Of a DNA stretch of 64,000 nt, positions 20,439-31,519 are shown in pieces (the first letter of the stretch is position 1; each line of letters opens with the position of its first letter). The DNA comes from an uncultured virus (IMG/VR IMGVR_UViG_3300020048_000045) (taxonomy: Duplodnaviria > Heunggongvirae > Uroviricota > Caudoviricetes). Both the position numbers and the translations under genes were made by a program. Below the pieces are notes generated by a model. The model worked only from the letters and a program-made list of their open reading frames with translations. It was not told the origin of the DNA and did no database searches. The stretch lies in the IMG/VR virus record IMGVR_UViG_3300020048_000045, one strand, 5' to 3'.

Positions 20439-23400
20439 ATGGCAAACGTTTGTAAGGATAAAGATAAGTTCAAAACATCTGAAGCAGCAACTAAAGCTGC
20501 ATTACGTACAAGAGGTGTTATTGACAGATTTCTTAACATTCTGAATCTACCAAAATTCAGAGAGCTGAATGTATTATGGTCAAATGATGCCAAGGCAAGA
20601 TTTGGTATTCAGGAGAAACTGTTTGCAGAAGATGGATTAAAAGCTGTTCCTAATAGAGCAGCTTTTAAGGCCATCGATAATGCTAAAGGTATATATTATC
20701 AGGTACAAGATGTTCCTGCATCCACAGCTTCTGAGGAGACAGTACAGAAGGTAATTGAGGTAGCTAAGAAGATGGGAATTAATCTTCAAAAACTATCTGA
20801 CTATGCAGCAGCTACAGGACTTGATGTAAAAGGTGCCAATGGTGTGGCTGATCTTGTCAGAGGTATAATTGCTGTAGCTGAAGGCAGAGAAGGTGCTGCT
20901 ATTACAGAAGAGATGGTACACATAGCTACAGCTGTTCTGGAACAGACAAATCCCACGATGGTCACTGAGATGATATCAAAGATTGATAGATTTCAGATCT
21001 ACCAACGTACACTGGACCAGTACAAGAACAACCCTAAATATCAACTTGCTAATGGGAAACCTGACATCCGTAAGATTAAAAAAGAAGCTGTTGATAAACT
21101 GATTGCTGAGCTTATTATAAATAACGAAGAGGGCATCGCAGAATTTCCTGAGCTTAGATCAGAGAACAACAAGTCTATGATCAGAAGCTGGTGGAATGCC
21201 ATACTTGATTGGTTCAGAGGAGCTTACAAGAAATCTAACATTTCCATATTTGAAGAGGCAGCTGGAAGGATAATGACAGCAAACGTGGGTGCCACTTATG
21301 AGAGAGTAGATGGAAGCGTCTATCTCAAAATGATTGACACTGCAAGAGATAATGTCTCCACTATCCTGGAGAACTATCTTAATAAGTTTGGAATTCCTGT
21401 AATGGATGTCACTGAGATGAAATATGCTCTAGGGATTGATGAACTTGGCTTTGCTGACATTCTCTCAAAGATAATCTATGTAAAGGACAAAAGAGATCTT
21501 CCTCCTTTGGCTGGAGAAGTTATTGCCTACATGATGCAATATAATCCTTTGGTAAAAGATATTATCAGGAGCTATGCCACAGAAGACAAAGCTCTTAAGA
21601 CCAATACTGCAGCTATCTACTATGTAGCTTCTGGATTGGGAAAGAGCCAACTTGCAAAAGCTAAACCAAATAAGTTTGTAGACATGGATGTTCTTATTGC
21701 TAAAGCAATTATGAACATCACTGGCAAAACTATGTCTACATGGCAAGCATCAAAGGCCATTAGTGAAAACAAAGATATTGCCAAGGAATTAGTCAGACTG
21801 ATAAATGAGGTAAAAGATACTCACATTATACTAAGTCCTCTGAATGACAGGAAGTTACAACGACTTGGATTTAACTATTCAAGATACTTTGTTCCTGACG
21901 AAGAGAGTACACCAACTATTATACAGGGAATAAGATCAAGAACTACCAACCCCTACGAAACTGATGAGCTCCATTATAACAAGACCTATGTAACTCCCTA
22001 CCTTGGAGAAAGAAAGAACACTCTAAAGATCCCTGGATATATAGCTGATCAATTTGAAGATCTGGATAACGAGCCAGGCTTGATCACTGAATATCTTCCC
22101 AGAGGATATTACAGTTATTCTGACGACTACAAAGAACTTGACAAGCGTGAATACCTTAAAAGAATTGGCAACCTGATTGCAGACGAACTGCAGAGGAGAG
22201 TGAATGTACAATTGAGTCAATCATTACTCACTAAGATCAGCGATCTTGTAAAAGAATTCTTTGGTATAGCTAACAGAAACAAACAATCCCTTGAAGGATT
22301 AAATACTAACATAGGCTATATTGTAGATCAGATCTTGAATGACAATAAAAATCTGATTACAGCAAGTGAGTATAAACCTGGAGCTTATGGCAAAGCTGTA
22401 TCTCCTGTATCCATGGAAGCAGCTCTTGGTAAAGACAACTTTGGAAAGAGCATTATTTACAAGCTAAGCAAGTATGGATTTATTCTCACTGGATCTACAG
22501 CTCTCTCTGAACAAGGTAGTATATTCAGACCAGATGAGAATCCTTTACATGATATAGATTGGGTATCTCCATTCACACGAGAGGAGACAGTAAATAAGTT
22601 TATGGAGGCCTATCCAGAAGCAATTAAGATAAGAGATATATTTGGTGATGGTTATGTTACAGATAGTTTTCTGATTGCTCCTGCTGGATATAAAGTAATA
22701 AACTATAAGTCAACCAATTACGATGGAAAGATTGTTATCAATAGTTACGATGTTGTTGACAAATCTGGAAAAGTAGTTGGTACCTACAGACTACAAAGAA
22801 AAGAAGGAAGTAGGAAGAATGAAGAAGTTGTGACTGGCGTAGAAGCAAAAGCAATTGACTTCTTCAGCTATTACGGGGATCCTAGTAGCAAGATCAATAC
22901 AATATTCTCATTTACAAGTGGAGATGGTGAACAGATTCTTCTTGCCAACTGGCAGGATACTTTTAGGGCTAAGCTTAATTTTGCAAGATATAAGGACCTC
23001 TGGGATTACAATAGGTATGTTCCCAATGAGAACGAAAAGATATTGTACGAACAAGGCAAGACTAAACTCATTCCTACAACTGATCTGTTTGCAGAAGACA
23101 ACGTCTTTTTCCAACTATCTAATCCTCAGTTAGCAATACAGAAGCAATTAATGCAAACAGCTGATAGTATAGAGAGGGTTGAGTCTAAAGAATCTACAGA
23201 TCCTATGTTCATGGATACTGAAGAAGCCAATAACTGGTATGTCCTAAAGAAACCTGATGGTACCAAGGAAAGAATTTTAAACAGGGTTACAGACAGAGTT
23301 AAGGCTTGGTACAACCAGAGATTCCATGGGAAAGTATTTACAGCAGAAGAAAAGGCATTCAACGAATTCAAAAGGACTCTTGGTATAAAGGGGCATGCGT

Positions 23401-26400
23401 ACTTTGAAGAAATCCACAAGAGATACTTTAATTCAGATGGTACAAGAAAAGTAAGTATAGGTCCACGGCCAGTAATAGCTAATAAAAACGAAGAGGACAT
23501 ATATACCAAGCTTGAAAAATATTATTCAGATCTAATTGCCAGATTCTCTGAAAATGGAAAGACACCTTTGGTATTCTCTGAGGTAAAGTTATATGATCCT
23601 AAAGCAAAAGAAGCTGGTACCATTGACCTTCTGATTGTAGAAGAGTCTGGTAAAGCACATATTATTGACTGGAAGTTCATGAGCATGACGGCTGATTCAA
23701 AAGATGTTGCCTGGTATAAACAGGGAGCATACAATATTCAGCTTGGACGATATAAAGATATTCTTCGTGATGTATATGGGGTAAAAGAATTTGGCTGGAA
23801 CAGAGCAATTCCCATTATAATGAATATTGGAAGGGAAGATCCTAAAGTGAAAACTTCTGATATGATTCTTAAAGGGATTGCAATTGGTACTGTGGATCCT
23901 ACACAAATCGAAGACTTAAGACTTGTTCCTGTATCAGAGGAAACAGAATCTACAGAAGAACTTCTTCCTGAAGAAGATAAGAAATATGCTGCAGCACTTG
24001 ATCAACTGATTAAGAAACTGAATGGTGTTTACAGGCAAATTGCCAAAGCAAAAGTTACAGACGAAGAAGAGCGTGAGTTCAAAAGGGAACGTCTCAATAT
24101 TTTAAAGCAGGCCATTCGTGTAGCTCAGGGATCATTGAATATTGCTCCTCTCGTAGATGTTATCAAGATCATGAGGAAAGAAGGTCAGCAAATACTTGAT
24201 GATTACAATACAACATATAAAGACAGACCAGTAGGTCTTAAAGACTTCAGGGATAAGTCTTTATCTGAATTCTCTGACAACATGAGAGAGTATATGGTCA
24301 TGGCTGATATCTTTGGTAGAATTGATGACAAGATCGGTAAAATGATCTATAATAAAGATATGGAGAAAACTGCCAAGACAATTGCTGAAAAAGAAGAAGT
24401 GGCAATGAGGAAAGAACTTCTCAGGGACATCTCTGATCAAGCAAGAGCTATTAGACTCTCTGGAGAAGAAATAGAAACTATATCAAAGGTCTTTGCTGAT
24501 AAGTTCATTGGAGAAAGAAATCTTGTAGCAGGGCTCCTAACCCCTGAAGCTATCGTAAAGGGATTATCAGCTACCTTCAGAGGTGTGTCTGAGTTACCTT
24601 TAGCATCTCTTCAAATCTTATACAAGCTTGTAACAAACTCTAAGGCCAAAGCTTCCCAGGATGCTCTGAAAGAAGTGGAAGAGTTAATGGCTATCAGAAG
24701 CAATCTTGCTAAACGAGGAGGAAACCTAAGAGCTATTGTTCAGCAGATATATCAACGAGATGAAAAAGGTAAGCTTGTCAACAAGTTGATCCGTAGATAT
24801 CAAAAGAAATTCTTTGATGATGTAGACGCTAATGCCCTGGAAGATGCAAGAAGTAAGGCATGGCTCAAAGACAACATTGATGTTGCTGCATACAAAGAAG
24901 AAGCTGACAAGATCATGAAGGAAAGAATTGATAGGATCAAAGATCTCCATGATGAGGATCCTGTTGAAATGTTAGAAGACCTGATTGATCAAGAAGAAAG
25001 GAAGTGGAATATTGATCATCCAGAGTTCAATGGCTGGAGTAACTATGTAATTAAAAGACATCCTCTTCAAAAGTGGGAGTCCAAAGAATATATAGAGCTT
25101 AAGAAGGATCCTGAACTTATGAAACTGTATAACTTCATTCAGAAAATGAATGATAAGGCTAAGGAGTCAGGATACATAAGTAATAGATTATCTTCTACGT
25201 TCTTGCCATTTGTACGTAAGAGTATGGCAGAAAGTCTTGCCTGGGATTTCAGTATCTCTGCAATCAAGAACATGGGAAATGCTCTTACATTACAGGCAGA
25301 TGATGTAGGCTATGGTGCAGTAAATGAACTTACAGGAGAACTTGAAGACAGTATTCCTAAATACTACACACAAGATTTCACAAAGACTGATGGAGAGAAT
25401 GATTATAGTGATGTAAGCGAAGACTTGTTCAAGAACATGATCTTATACATCAATCATGTGGAGAAGTACAAATATCTCTCTGATGTGGAAGGACAGCTTC
25501 AATTGGTAAAAACTATTGAGACATTTAAAGCACACCTTAAGACAAGTAGAACTGGAGAACTTATCATAGAAGACGGTAAGCCTAAAGAACTAGCTGGAAA
25601 TGAAGAGAATACAAAGACATTTAACGATTTTCTTCGTACTCTTTTATATGAACAAAAGTATGCACTATCTGATGCTGATACTCCTCTTGGAATTGGTAAA
25701 GTGTTCAACTTTGTCAAAGAAGCAGTGAATAGTGTGGCTGGGAAAGAAGTCTTTAAGATTAATGAAAATCCCAGTGCAACATCACTTATTAAAGCGATGG
25801 ATGCTGCTAACAGAGCTTTTCAGGTTAAGACATTGGGTCTTGAATTTATCTCTGGAGCTGTCAATATCTTTGGTGGTAATATACAAGTGGCAACACAAGC
25901 TGGTAACTATTTCAAAGCCAGAGAGTTTCTGGCAAATGAAATGAAGCTTGTTGGGAATAAGTTTACGAACAATGAGGAAAGGCAAATGTTCATTCAACTC
26001 ATTGATCTATTTATGCCACTGAAAGACGATCCAACTTATGACAAACTGAAGGAAGCTGGAATGACAACATTAACCCAGCATAACTTCTCTGATCTTTTGA
26101 TGGTCTTTATGAGAGAACCTGAACAGCATCTCGAAAAATCCATATTCCTCACACTACTCCAGAATACAATGGTGGTAGATGGAAAGATTGTAAATATCAG
26201 AGAGTATGTTAAATCTAAATACAAAACAAGATATCAGTCTGCAGCTGCATATAGAGAAACATCAAAGAAGATTGACATAGAGATCGAACAACTGAAGAGG
26301 ACGAAATCTATAGATGTCACAAAAAGACTTGTTAATGGGAAATTAGAAATCCCTGGATTAGATCTTACTGATAGAAATGAGTTACAAAGATTAACCAACC

Positions 26401-27272
26401 TTACAAGACGTATATCAAGAAATGCTACTGGTGGTCTTGCTGATTCAGACATCAACAGAATGAACATGAACGTTTGGTCAAGATCCATGATGGTCTTTAA
26501 GAACTGGATTCCTAAACTGATCGACACACGTTTCTCTGAGTTCAGAAAAGTGTCTGATGATTTCTCCGTACAGATTGATGAAGATGGACTTGTCACTGGT
26601 GAAAAATATGACATTGGTAGGGTGAGACTGTGGGCCTATGTAATGGGTACATCTATCAGAGATAAAAGTGCTAACATCTATAACATACTGAGTCTTAATG
26701 ATCAAGGTCTGGAAGTACTTGATAAGATGTATGATGATTTTGCTCAGAAGTATGAAAAGAGAACTGGCAAACCCTTGAACATGGGTAGGGAAGAGTTTAT
26801 TGATCTGATCAGGACCAATCTTCATAACCAGATGAAAGAGCTTGCAATTGGGCTTTCTCTTCTTGCTGCAGCAATGTCAATGGGCTTTATTGCACCAGAC
26901 GATGATGATGACAAAGCAAAGAAAAACTTCTATCGTTACTCTCAAAGAGTAATTGATAAGTTCATTGGTGAACTTTCGTTCTTCTACAATCCTGTAGAGT
27001 TTCAGAAGATGCTTAGTGGAAGTATATTTCCAGCAATTGGTATCTTCTCAGATATAGAAAGATTCATTAGTCACTTTACAATGGAAACAACAGGCTATGA
27101 TATTTCTAATCGTGAGCTCACTGTGGACGAAGTAAGAAAGAAAGCTCAACCAGTTAAGAACCTGGCCAAGATGTTTCCATTTACAAAATCCATGATTACG
27201 TACATGGCAATTTTCGATTCTGAATTTGCTAAAGAATTTGATGTAACAATTCAGAAGGAAAGTAGAAGGTAA
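20439..27272 (+). CDS. Large multi-domain virion/ejection protein (degenerate zincin, P-loop, nucleotidyltransferase-like and PD-(D/E)xK nuclease domains)
   Basis: 2277 aa. EEMVH at 20907-20921; ASGLGKS...FVDMD; FILTGSTAL...HDIDW...KDLWD; GTIDLL...IIDWK...YNIQLGRY; helical C-terminus. It follows the vRNAP gene. Confidence 0.75.
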   Translation: MANVCKDKDKFKTSEAATKAALRTRGVIDRFLNILNLPKFRELNVLWSNDAKARFGIQEKLFAEDGLKAVPNRAAFKAIDNAKGIYYQVQDVPASTASEETVQKVIEVAKKMGINLQKLSDYAAATGLDVKGANGVADLVRGIIAVAEGREGAAITEEMVHIATAVLEQTNPTMVTEMISKIDRFQIYQRTLDQYKNNPKYQLANGKPDIRKIKKEAVDKLIAELIINNEEGIAEFPELRSENNKSMIRSWWNAILDWFRGAYKKSNISIFEEAAGRIMTANVGATYERVDGSVYLKMIDTARDNVSTILENYLNKFGIPVMDVTEMKYALGIDELGFADILSKIIYVKDKRDLPPLAGEVIAYMMQYNPLVKDIIRSYATEDKALKTNTAAIYYVASGLGKSQLAKAKPNKFVDMDVLIAKAIMNITGKTMSTWQASKAISENKDIAKELVRLINEVKDTHIILSPLNDRKLQRLGFNYSRYFVPDEESTPTIIQGIRSRTTNPYETDELHYNKTYVTPYLGERKNTLKIPGYIADQFEDLDNEPGLITEYLPRGYYSYSDDYKELDKREYLKRIGNLIADELQRRVNVQLSQSLLTKISDLVKEFFGIANRNKQSLEGLNTNIGYIVDQILNDNKNLITASEYKPGAYGKAVSPVSMEAALGKDNFGKSIIYKLSKYGFILTGSTALSEQGSIFRPDENPLHDIDWVSPFTREETVNKFMEAYPEAIKIRDIFGDGYVTDSFLIAPAGYKVINYKSTNYDGKIVINSYDVVDKSGKVVGTYRLQRKEGSRKNEEVVTGVEAKAIDFFSYYGDPSSKINTIFSFTSGDGEQILLANWQDTFRAKLNFARYKDLWDYNRYVPNENEKILYEQGKTKLIPTTDLFAEDNVFFQLSNPQLAIQKQLMQTADSIERVESKESTDPMFMDTEEANNWYVLKKPDGTKERILNRVTDRVKAWYNQRFHGKVFTAEEKAFNEFKRTLGIKGHAYFEEIHKRYFNSDGTRKVSIGPRPVIANKNEEDIYTKLEKYYSDLIARFSENGKTPLVFSEVKLYDPKAKEAGTIDLLIVEESGKAHIIDWKFMSMTADSKDVAWYKQGAYNIQLGRYKDILRDVYGVKEFGWNRAIPIIMNIGREDPKVKTSDMILKGIAIGTVDPTQIEDLRLVPVSEETESTEELLPEEDKKYAAALDQLIKKLNGVYRQIAKAKVTDEEEREFKRERLNILKQAIRVAQGSLNIAPLVDVIKIMRKEGQQILDDYNTTYKDRPVGLKDFRDKSLSEFSDNMREYMVMADIFGRIDDKIGKMIYNKDMEKTAKTIAEKEEVAMRKELLRDISDQARAIRLSGEEIETISKVFADKFIGERNLVAGLLTPEAIVKGLSATFRGVSELPLASLQILYKLVTNSKAKASQDALKEVEELMAIRSNLAKRGGNLRAIVQQIYQRDEKGKLVNKLIRRYQKKFFDDVDANALEDARSKAWLKDNIDVAAYKEEADKIMKERIDRIKDLHDEDPVEMLEDLIDQEERKWNIDHPEFNGWSNYVIKRHPLQKWESKEYIELKKDPELMKLYNFIQKMNDKAKESGYISNRLSSTFLPFVRKSMAESLAWDFSISAIKNMGNALTLQADDVGYGAVNELTGELEDSIPKYYTQDFTKTDGENDYSDVSEDLFKNMILYINHVEKYKYLSDVEGQLQLVKTIETFKAHLKTSRTGELIIEDGKPKELAGNEENTKTFNDFLRTLLYEQKYALSDADTPLGIGKVFNFVKEAVNSVAGKEVFKINENPSATSLIKAMDAANRAFQVKTLGLEFISGAVNIFGGNIQVATQAGNYFKAREFLANEMKLVGNKFTNNEERQMFIQLIDLFMPLKDDPTYDKLKEAGMTTLTQHNFSDLLMVFMREPEQHLEKSIFLTLLQNTMVVDGKIVNIREYVKSKYKTRYQSAAAYRETSKKIDIEIEQLKRTKSIDVTKRLVNGKLEIPGLDLTDRNELQRLTNLTRRISRNATGGLADSDINRMNMNVWSRSMMVFKNWIPKLIDTRFSEFRKVSDDFSVQIDEDGLVTGEKYDIGRVRLWAYVMGTSIRDKSANIYNILSLNDQGLEVLDKMYDDFAQKYEKRTGKPLNMGREEFIDLIRTNLHNQMKELAIGLSLLAAAMSMGFIAPDDDDDKAKKNFYRYSQRVIDKFIGELSFFYNPVEFQKMLSGSIFPAIGIFSDIERFISHFTMETTGYDISNRELTVDEVRKKAQPVKNLAKMFPFTKSMITYMAIFDSEFAKEFDVTIQKESRR

Positions 27273-27362
27273 CATAGCTATATTATGTCAGCTATCTTCC
27301 TATCAGACAATGAAAATAGGTTTTAAATAGTTATTTTTACATCTCCTCCTAAAGACTAAACG

Positions 27363-30300
27363 ATGCAAGTTAGATGTAATACACAAGCCTGCCCCATCAT
27401 ACTTAGCTCCTCGTGTGTAATATACGAGGGGCCATACCTGATATACTTAGGAGTACCCACTAATACTCCTGTAGAAGAAGTTATCATGCACATTGACGCT
27501 GTGCTTGGTAGTGGTGGTTTTGCTGGCTCATCTGGTACGTCTGGTACTTCTGCCACATCAGGTACATCAGCTACCTCAGGAACGAGTGGAACCAGTGCAA
27601 CTTCAGGAAGTTCAGGTTCTTCTTCGACTTCAGGTTCTTCAGGCACATCAGCTACGTCTGGAACTTCAGCAACTTCAGGCACAAGTGGTACGAGTGCCAC
27701 GTCAGGGACTTCAGCAACTGATGGGACTGGAGGTACGAGTGGGACAAGCGGAACGAGTGCCACCTCAGGCACAAGTGCTACAGATGGAACTGGAGGCACT
27801 TCAGGAACCTCAGGCACATCTGCTACAAGCGGAACATCTGCTACAAGTGGCACATCTGCAACTGATGGTACGGGAGGAACGTCTGGGACCTCAGGTACAA
27901 CAGGGACCTCAGGAACGTCAGCTACCAGTGGCACGAGTGGTACGACTGGAACTTCAGGGACCTCTGCTATAGATGGCACTGGGGGTACGTCAGGTACTAC
28001 AGGAACGTCAGGAACATCAGCAACCTCTGGAACCTCTGGCACAACTGGAACCAGTGGTACAAGTGCTGTAAATGGCACTAACCAATGGACACCAGTTTTA
28101 ACAAATGTAAACAACATTGATGGCAGTACATTTGTAAAAAGTACTGTAAGTGATAACTGGGATGCTCAGGTTTATTCTGTACAAGGATATACCATGGGAG
28201 CATATGTTGCAGCTAGACCTCACACTCTTACAGGGAATGTTGTATTTGGATTGGATGATAATCCTTCAGCAAGTCTTGCGTTTGGAACTATAGACTATGC
28301 ATGGTACATCAATGGAGCTGGAAATGCTTATCTTATATACGAAGGAGCATCATTAATTGGATCTTATGGCACTGTAAATCTTACAGATGTTCTTAGCATC
28401 ACATATGATGGATACAATGTAAGATATTGGATCAATGGTGTATTGCAAAGAACTGTTGCAAGAGCTACAGGAACTCCTTTATATGCAGACAGTCTTTACT
28501 ATTCTACAGGATCAGGACTTGAGGTGGTAGGATTTGGTCCAATGGGTCAGGCTGGGAGTTCTGGCACATCTGGCACAAGTGCTACATCAGGAACCACAGG
28601 CACTTCAGGAAGTTCTGGGACAACAGGAACCTCTGGAACCAGTGCTACCTCAGGCACTTCTGGAACTTCAGCTACATCTGGCACATCTGGAAGCAGTGGG
28701 GTTGACGGAGCACCTGGACAAATTACTGGTCAAACCTTATGGTATGATACAGGAACTTGGCCCACAACTCCTCCTACTGTTATAAGTAATCAGATCTCTT
28801 TTAATAATACTAATCCTGATACAATTGTTAGGGCTGATGGTGGGTCCTTTATAACAAATGGATTTAGGGCAGGACAAAAAATAACCGTTAGTGGAGCTGT
28901 ACAACCTGGCAATAATGGAAAATTCACTCTTGTTACAGTCACTGCAAGTACTCTAACAATTTTAACTGCAGAAGCACTAACAACAGAAGCAGCTGGTGCT
29001 ACTGTTACCATTCTTGCTGTAGCTGAGAAACTGACAATTATTCCTGCAACTGGAACACAAATAGATGAATCTATTACAGTTGTAAGTGGTAATGGATATG
29101 TTTCAATTGATAACTATCTCACTGCTACAGATTTCCCAGCAGCATTAAGTATTCCAGTAGGAATATGGAAATTTCATGGTTATTTCTGGGTATCTTCTAC
29201 TGGTGGTGGTAGTGTTTGTACTGTCAAATACCAAGTGGATAAGATTCCTTTGGATGGAATTCCTGTAAACTTGTTTACCACACAGGCTACACCAGCTATT
29301 ACAAGTACATCTGCTACCAATCCAAGTGATATTGAATTACAATATACAATATCTTCCGCAATTCCTCTGTTAACAACAGATCGTATTCTTGTACGTGTCC
29401 TTACAGCTAACTCCATAACAACAGCAAGAACAGTTCATTTCTTATATCAAGGAAGTGCTTTTGCAAGTCACATTGAAACTACATTCTTTGTAACAGGAGT
29501 CTCTGGAACAAGTGGTACAAGTGGAACCAGTGGAACCTCAGGTTCAAGTGGAAGTAGCTCAACCTCAGGTAGTTCTGGTACATCTTCAACTGGTGGAACC
29601 AGTGGAACTACTGGAACTAGTGGAACTAGTGGAACATCAGGAACTAGTGGATTTGCAACTATTGACAACAATGTTAATAATCGTGTATTAACAGCTACAG
29701 GAACAGGCAATGTCAATGCTGAAACTAATCTAACATTTGACGGAAGCCTTCTTGATGTAACTGGTGGTGTTATCTCTGACTATCACGATTTCGATCTTAC
29801 AGCAGCTCCTGCTACTGCAATAGGTAGACTAAAGTGGAATGCCACTGATGGCACTCTTGAATTTGGAATGGGTGGTGGAAATGCTGTACAGCAAATTGGC
29901 CAGGAAACCTATTATCCTCTTGTAAGAAATAATCAGAGTCCTGCCACTACATTGGTGGAGGGAACGCTTGTAATGGCAGATCCCAATACAATCGTCACCT
30001 CACAAAGACTCAACGCTATCAAATGTATATCCACAGGAGTCTATTCAGACAAGTACATCCTTGGTGTGTTGACAGAAGACATCACTACTGGGAACGTAGG
30101 ATTGTGTACATGGTTTGGATATGTAAGGGGATTAAACATCACTGCCCTGGAAGCAGCTGGTATTAAGCCTGTTACTGAAGATTGGCAACCAGGAAATATT
30201 CTATGGCCTAATCCAGCATCTCCTGGTGGAATGACAATAGTTCTTCCAGCAGCCCCAGCATTGAATACAAGTATTGCTGTAATCACTCTTAACTCAGGAG

Positions 30301-31115
30301 GACTTATAGACATATTTGTAAGACCTGAAGCAACAGGAACTCTCAGTGATCTGAATGATGTTGAAAACTACAATCCTGCTACTGTCACCAATGGATCTGT
30401 TCTTACATGGAACTCTGGAATACAAGTTTGGGAAGCTAAATCTTTCACAGCAGGCACATCTGGAACTTCTGCAACAAGTGGTACGTCTGGGACTAGTGGG
30501 GTTAATGGAACCTCAGGAACCAGTGGTGCAACAGGAAGTTCAGGTTCTGCAGGAAGTTCAGGAACCAGTGGCACAAGTGGGATTACAGTTAGTGGTACAA
30601 GTGGCACATCAGGTTTGGATGGAACATCGGGAACTAGTGGCACTTCAGGAGTTGGTAGCTCTGGAACATCTGGTACATCAGGTGTTTCAGCATCTGCAGG
30701 AGTAACAGTTACTCAAGTGGGACATGGATTTGTTGTAGGTGATATTATTCGTTCATTAGGAGAAAATACATATACAAAAGCACAAGCTGATGCAGCAACT
30801 AATGCAGAGGTGGTAGGTATTGTTACAAATGTAAATGGAAACACCTTTACATACATCACTAATGGATTATTCACTACAGGAGTTCCTGCTCAGGCAGCTG
30901 GTACAGTCTTATTCTTAAGTCCTACCGTAGCAGGAGGTTTGACAACAATAGAGCCTACCACTGTTGGACAGATTTCTAAACCTCTTGTAATAGTAACACA
31001 AAACGCAACATCAGCAGATTTCTTTAACTTCAGAGGTACAGCAATTGCATCTGGTTCATCTAGTGGTGGTTCAGGAGATAAATTGTATCTTTACGCATAC
31101 TTTAATGGATTCTAA
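27363..31115 (+). CDS. Tail fibre/virion appendage protein with collagen-like Gly-Thr-Ser repeats and beta-rich globular domains
   Basis: 1250 aa. Cys-containing N-terminus, four GTS/ATS repeat blocks separated by beta-rich domains, the first of which looks lectin/concanavalin-like. Confidence 0.75.
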   Translation: MQVRCNTQACPIILSSSCVIYEGPYLIYLGVPTNTPVEEVIMHIDAVLGSGGFAGSSGTSGTSATSGTSATSGTSGTSATSGSSGSSSTSGSSGTSATSGTSATSGTSGTSATSGTSATDGTGGTSGTSGTSATSGTSATDGTGGTSGTSGTSATSGTSATSGTSATDGTGGTSGTSGTTGTSGTSATSGTSGTTGTSGTSAIDGTGGTSGTTGTSGTSATSGTSGTTGTSGTSAVNGTNQWTPVLTNVNNIDGSTFVKSTVSDNWDAQVYSVQGYTMGAYVAARPHTLTGNVVFGLDDNPSASLAFGTIDYAWYINGAGNAYLIYEGASLIGSYGTVNLTDVLSITYDGYNVRYWINGVLQRTVARATGTPLYADSLYYSTGSGLEVVGFGPMGQAGSSGTSGTSATSGTTGTSGSSGTTGTSGTSATSGTSGTSATSGTSGSSGVDGAPGQITGQTLWYDTGTWPTTPPTVISNQISFNNTNPDTIVRADGGSFITNGFRAGQKITVSGAVQPGNNGKFTLVTVTASTLTILTAEALTTEAAGATVTILAVAEKLTIIPATGTQIDESITVVSGNGYVSIDNYLTATDFPAALSIPVGIWKFHGYFWVSSTGGGSVCTVKYQVDKIPLDGIPVNLFTTQATPAITSTSATNPSDIELQYTISSAIPLLTTDRILVRVLTANSITTARTVHFLYQGSAFASHIETTFFVTGVSGTSGTSGTSGTSGSSGSSSTSGSSGTSSTGGTSGTTGTSGTSGTSGTSGFATIDNNVNNRVLTATGTGNVNAETNLTFDGSLLDVTGGVISDYHDFDLTAAPATAIGRLKWNATDGTLEFGMGGGNAVQQIGQETYYPLVRNNQSPATTLVEGTLVMADPNTIVTSQRLNAIKCISTGVYSDKYILGVLTEDITTGNVGLCTWFGYVRGLNITALEAAGIKPVTEDWQPGNILWPNPASPGGMTIVLPAAPALNTSIAVITLNSGGLIDIFVRPEATGTLSDLNDVENYNPATVTNGSVLTWNSGIQVWEAKSFTAGTSGTSATSGTSGTSGVNGTSGTSGATGSSGSAGSSGTSGTSGITVSGTSGTSGLDGTSGTSGTSGVGSSGTSGTSGVSASAGVTVTQVGHGFVVGDIIRSLGENTYTKAQADAATNAEVVGIVTNVNGNTFTYITNGLFTTGVPAQAAGTVLFLSPTVAGGLTTIEPTTVGQISKPLVIVTQNATSADFFNFRGTAIASGSSSGGSGDKLYLYAYFNGF
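27523..28078 (+). repeat. Coding (GTS/ATS)n triplet repeat, block 1
   Basis: 9-nt periodic repeats encoding [12 protein letters not shown] with varied synonymous codons. Similar blocks occur at about 28550-28700, 29498-29650, 30452-30683 and 33972-34087. Confidence 0.9.
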
Positions 31116-31117
31116 AT

Positions 31118-31519
31118 ATGGCAATGACTAACACCCCTATTTTTGCTCAAACCCCAATAGTGGGAATAGCAACGCTTGTAACTCCTACAGCAATAACCAG
31201 TAGGGCCAATATTACAGGCACAACAGGCTTGACACAACTAACAGCTACAAGTACTAATGGTACAAGGGTTGATAGAATCACTGTAAAAGCATCAGCTACA
31301 TCCGTAGCAACAAATGTCTTTGTATGGATATACAACGGAACAACATCCTATCTCTTTGATGAGATAGATGTAACAGCTGTTACAGCTGCTAATACAACAG
31401 ATAGTCTTCTTGTCTCTAAAGACTATTCATATCTTAGTCTTCCACCTACATATCAATTATATGTTAGTGTGTCAATACAACAAAACTTAAACATCTTTGC
31501 ATTAGGAGGGCAATATTAA
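31118..31519 (+). CDS. Putative tail-associated protein
   Basis: 133-aa Thr-rich, beta-strand-like ORF tightly coupled between the fibre and propeller genes. Confidence 0.55.
   Translation: MAMTNTPIFAQTPIVGIATLVTPTAITSRANITGTTGLTQLTATSTNGTRVDRITVKASATSVATNVFVWIYNGTTSYLFDEIDVTAVTAANTTDSLLVSKDYSYLSLPPTYQLYVSVSIQQNLNIFALGGQY

Noticed and set aside
27273..27362. Possible promoter or hairpin before the fibre gene
   Set aside because: Only a weak ATAGCT/AGCTAT inverted repeat and a degenerate TATTTTTA -7-like box without a clear -33 element were found, which is insufficient to call.
27523..28078. Possible CRISPR array or DGR template/variable repeats in the repetitive region
   Set aside because: The repeats are 9-nt coding triplets with synonymous variation and no constant repeat with unique spacers. 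No cas or reverse transcriptase gene and no adenine-specific mismatch pair were seen.
27356..30705. Long antisense and alternate-frame ORFs (VPEVPLVP..., LQEVQV...) over the fibre gene
   Set aside because: They are shadows of the GTS codon repeats, which lack stops in other frames, and coincide exactly with the repeat blocks.
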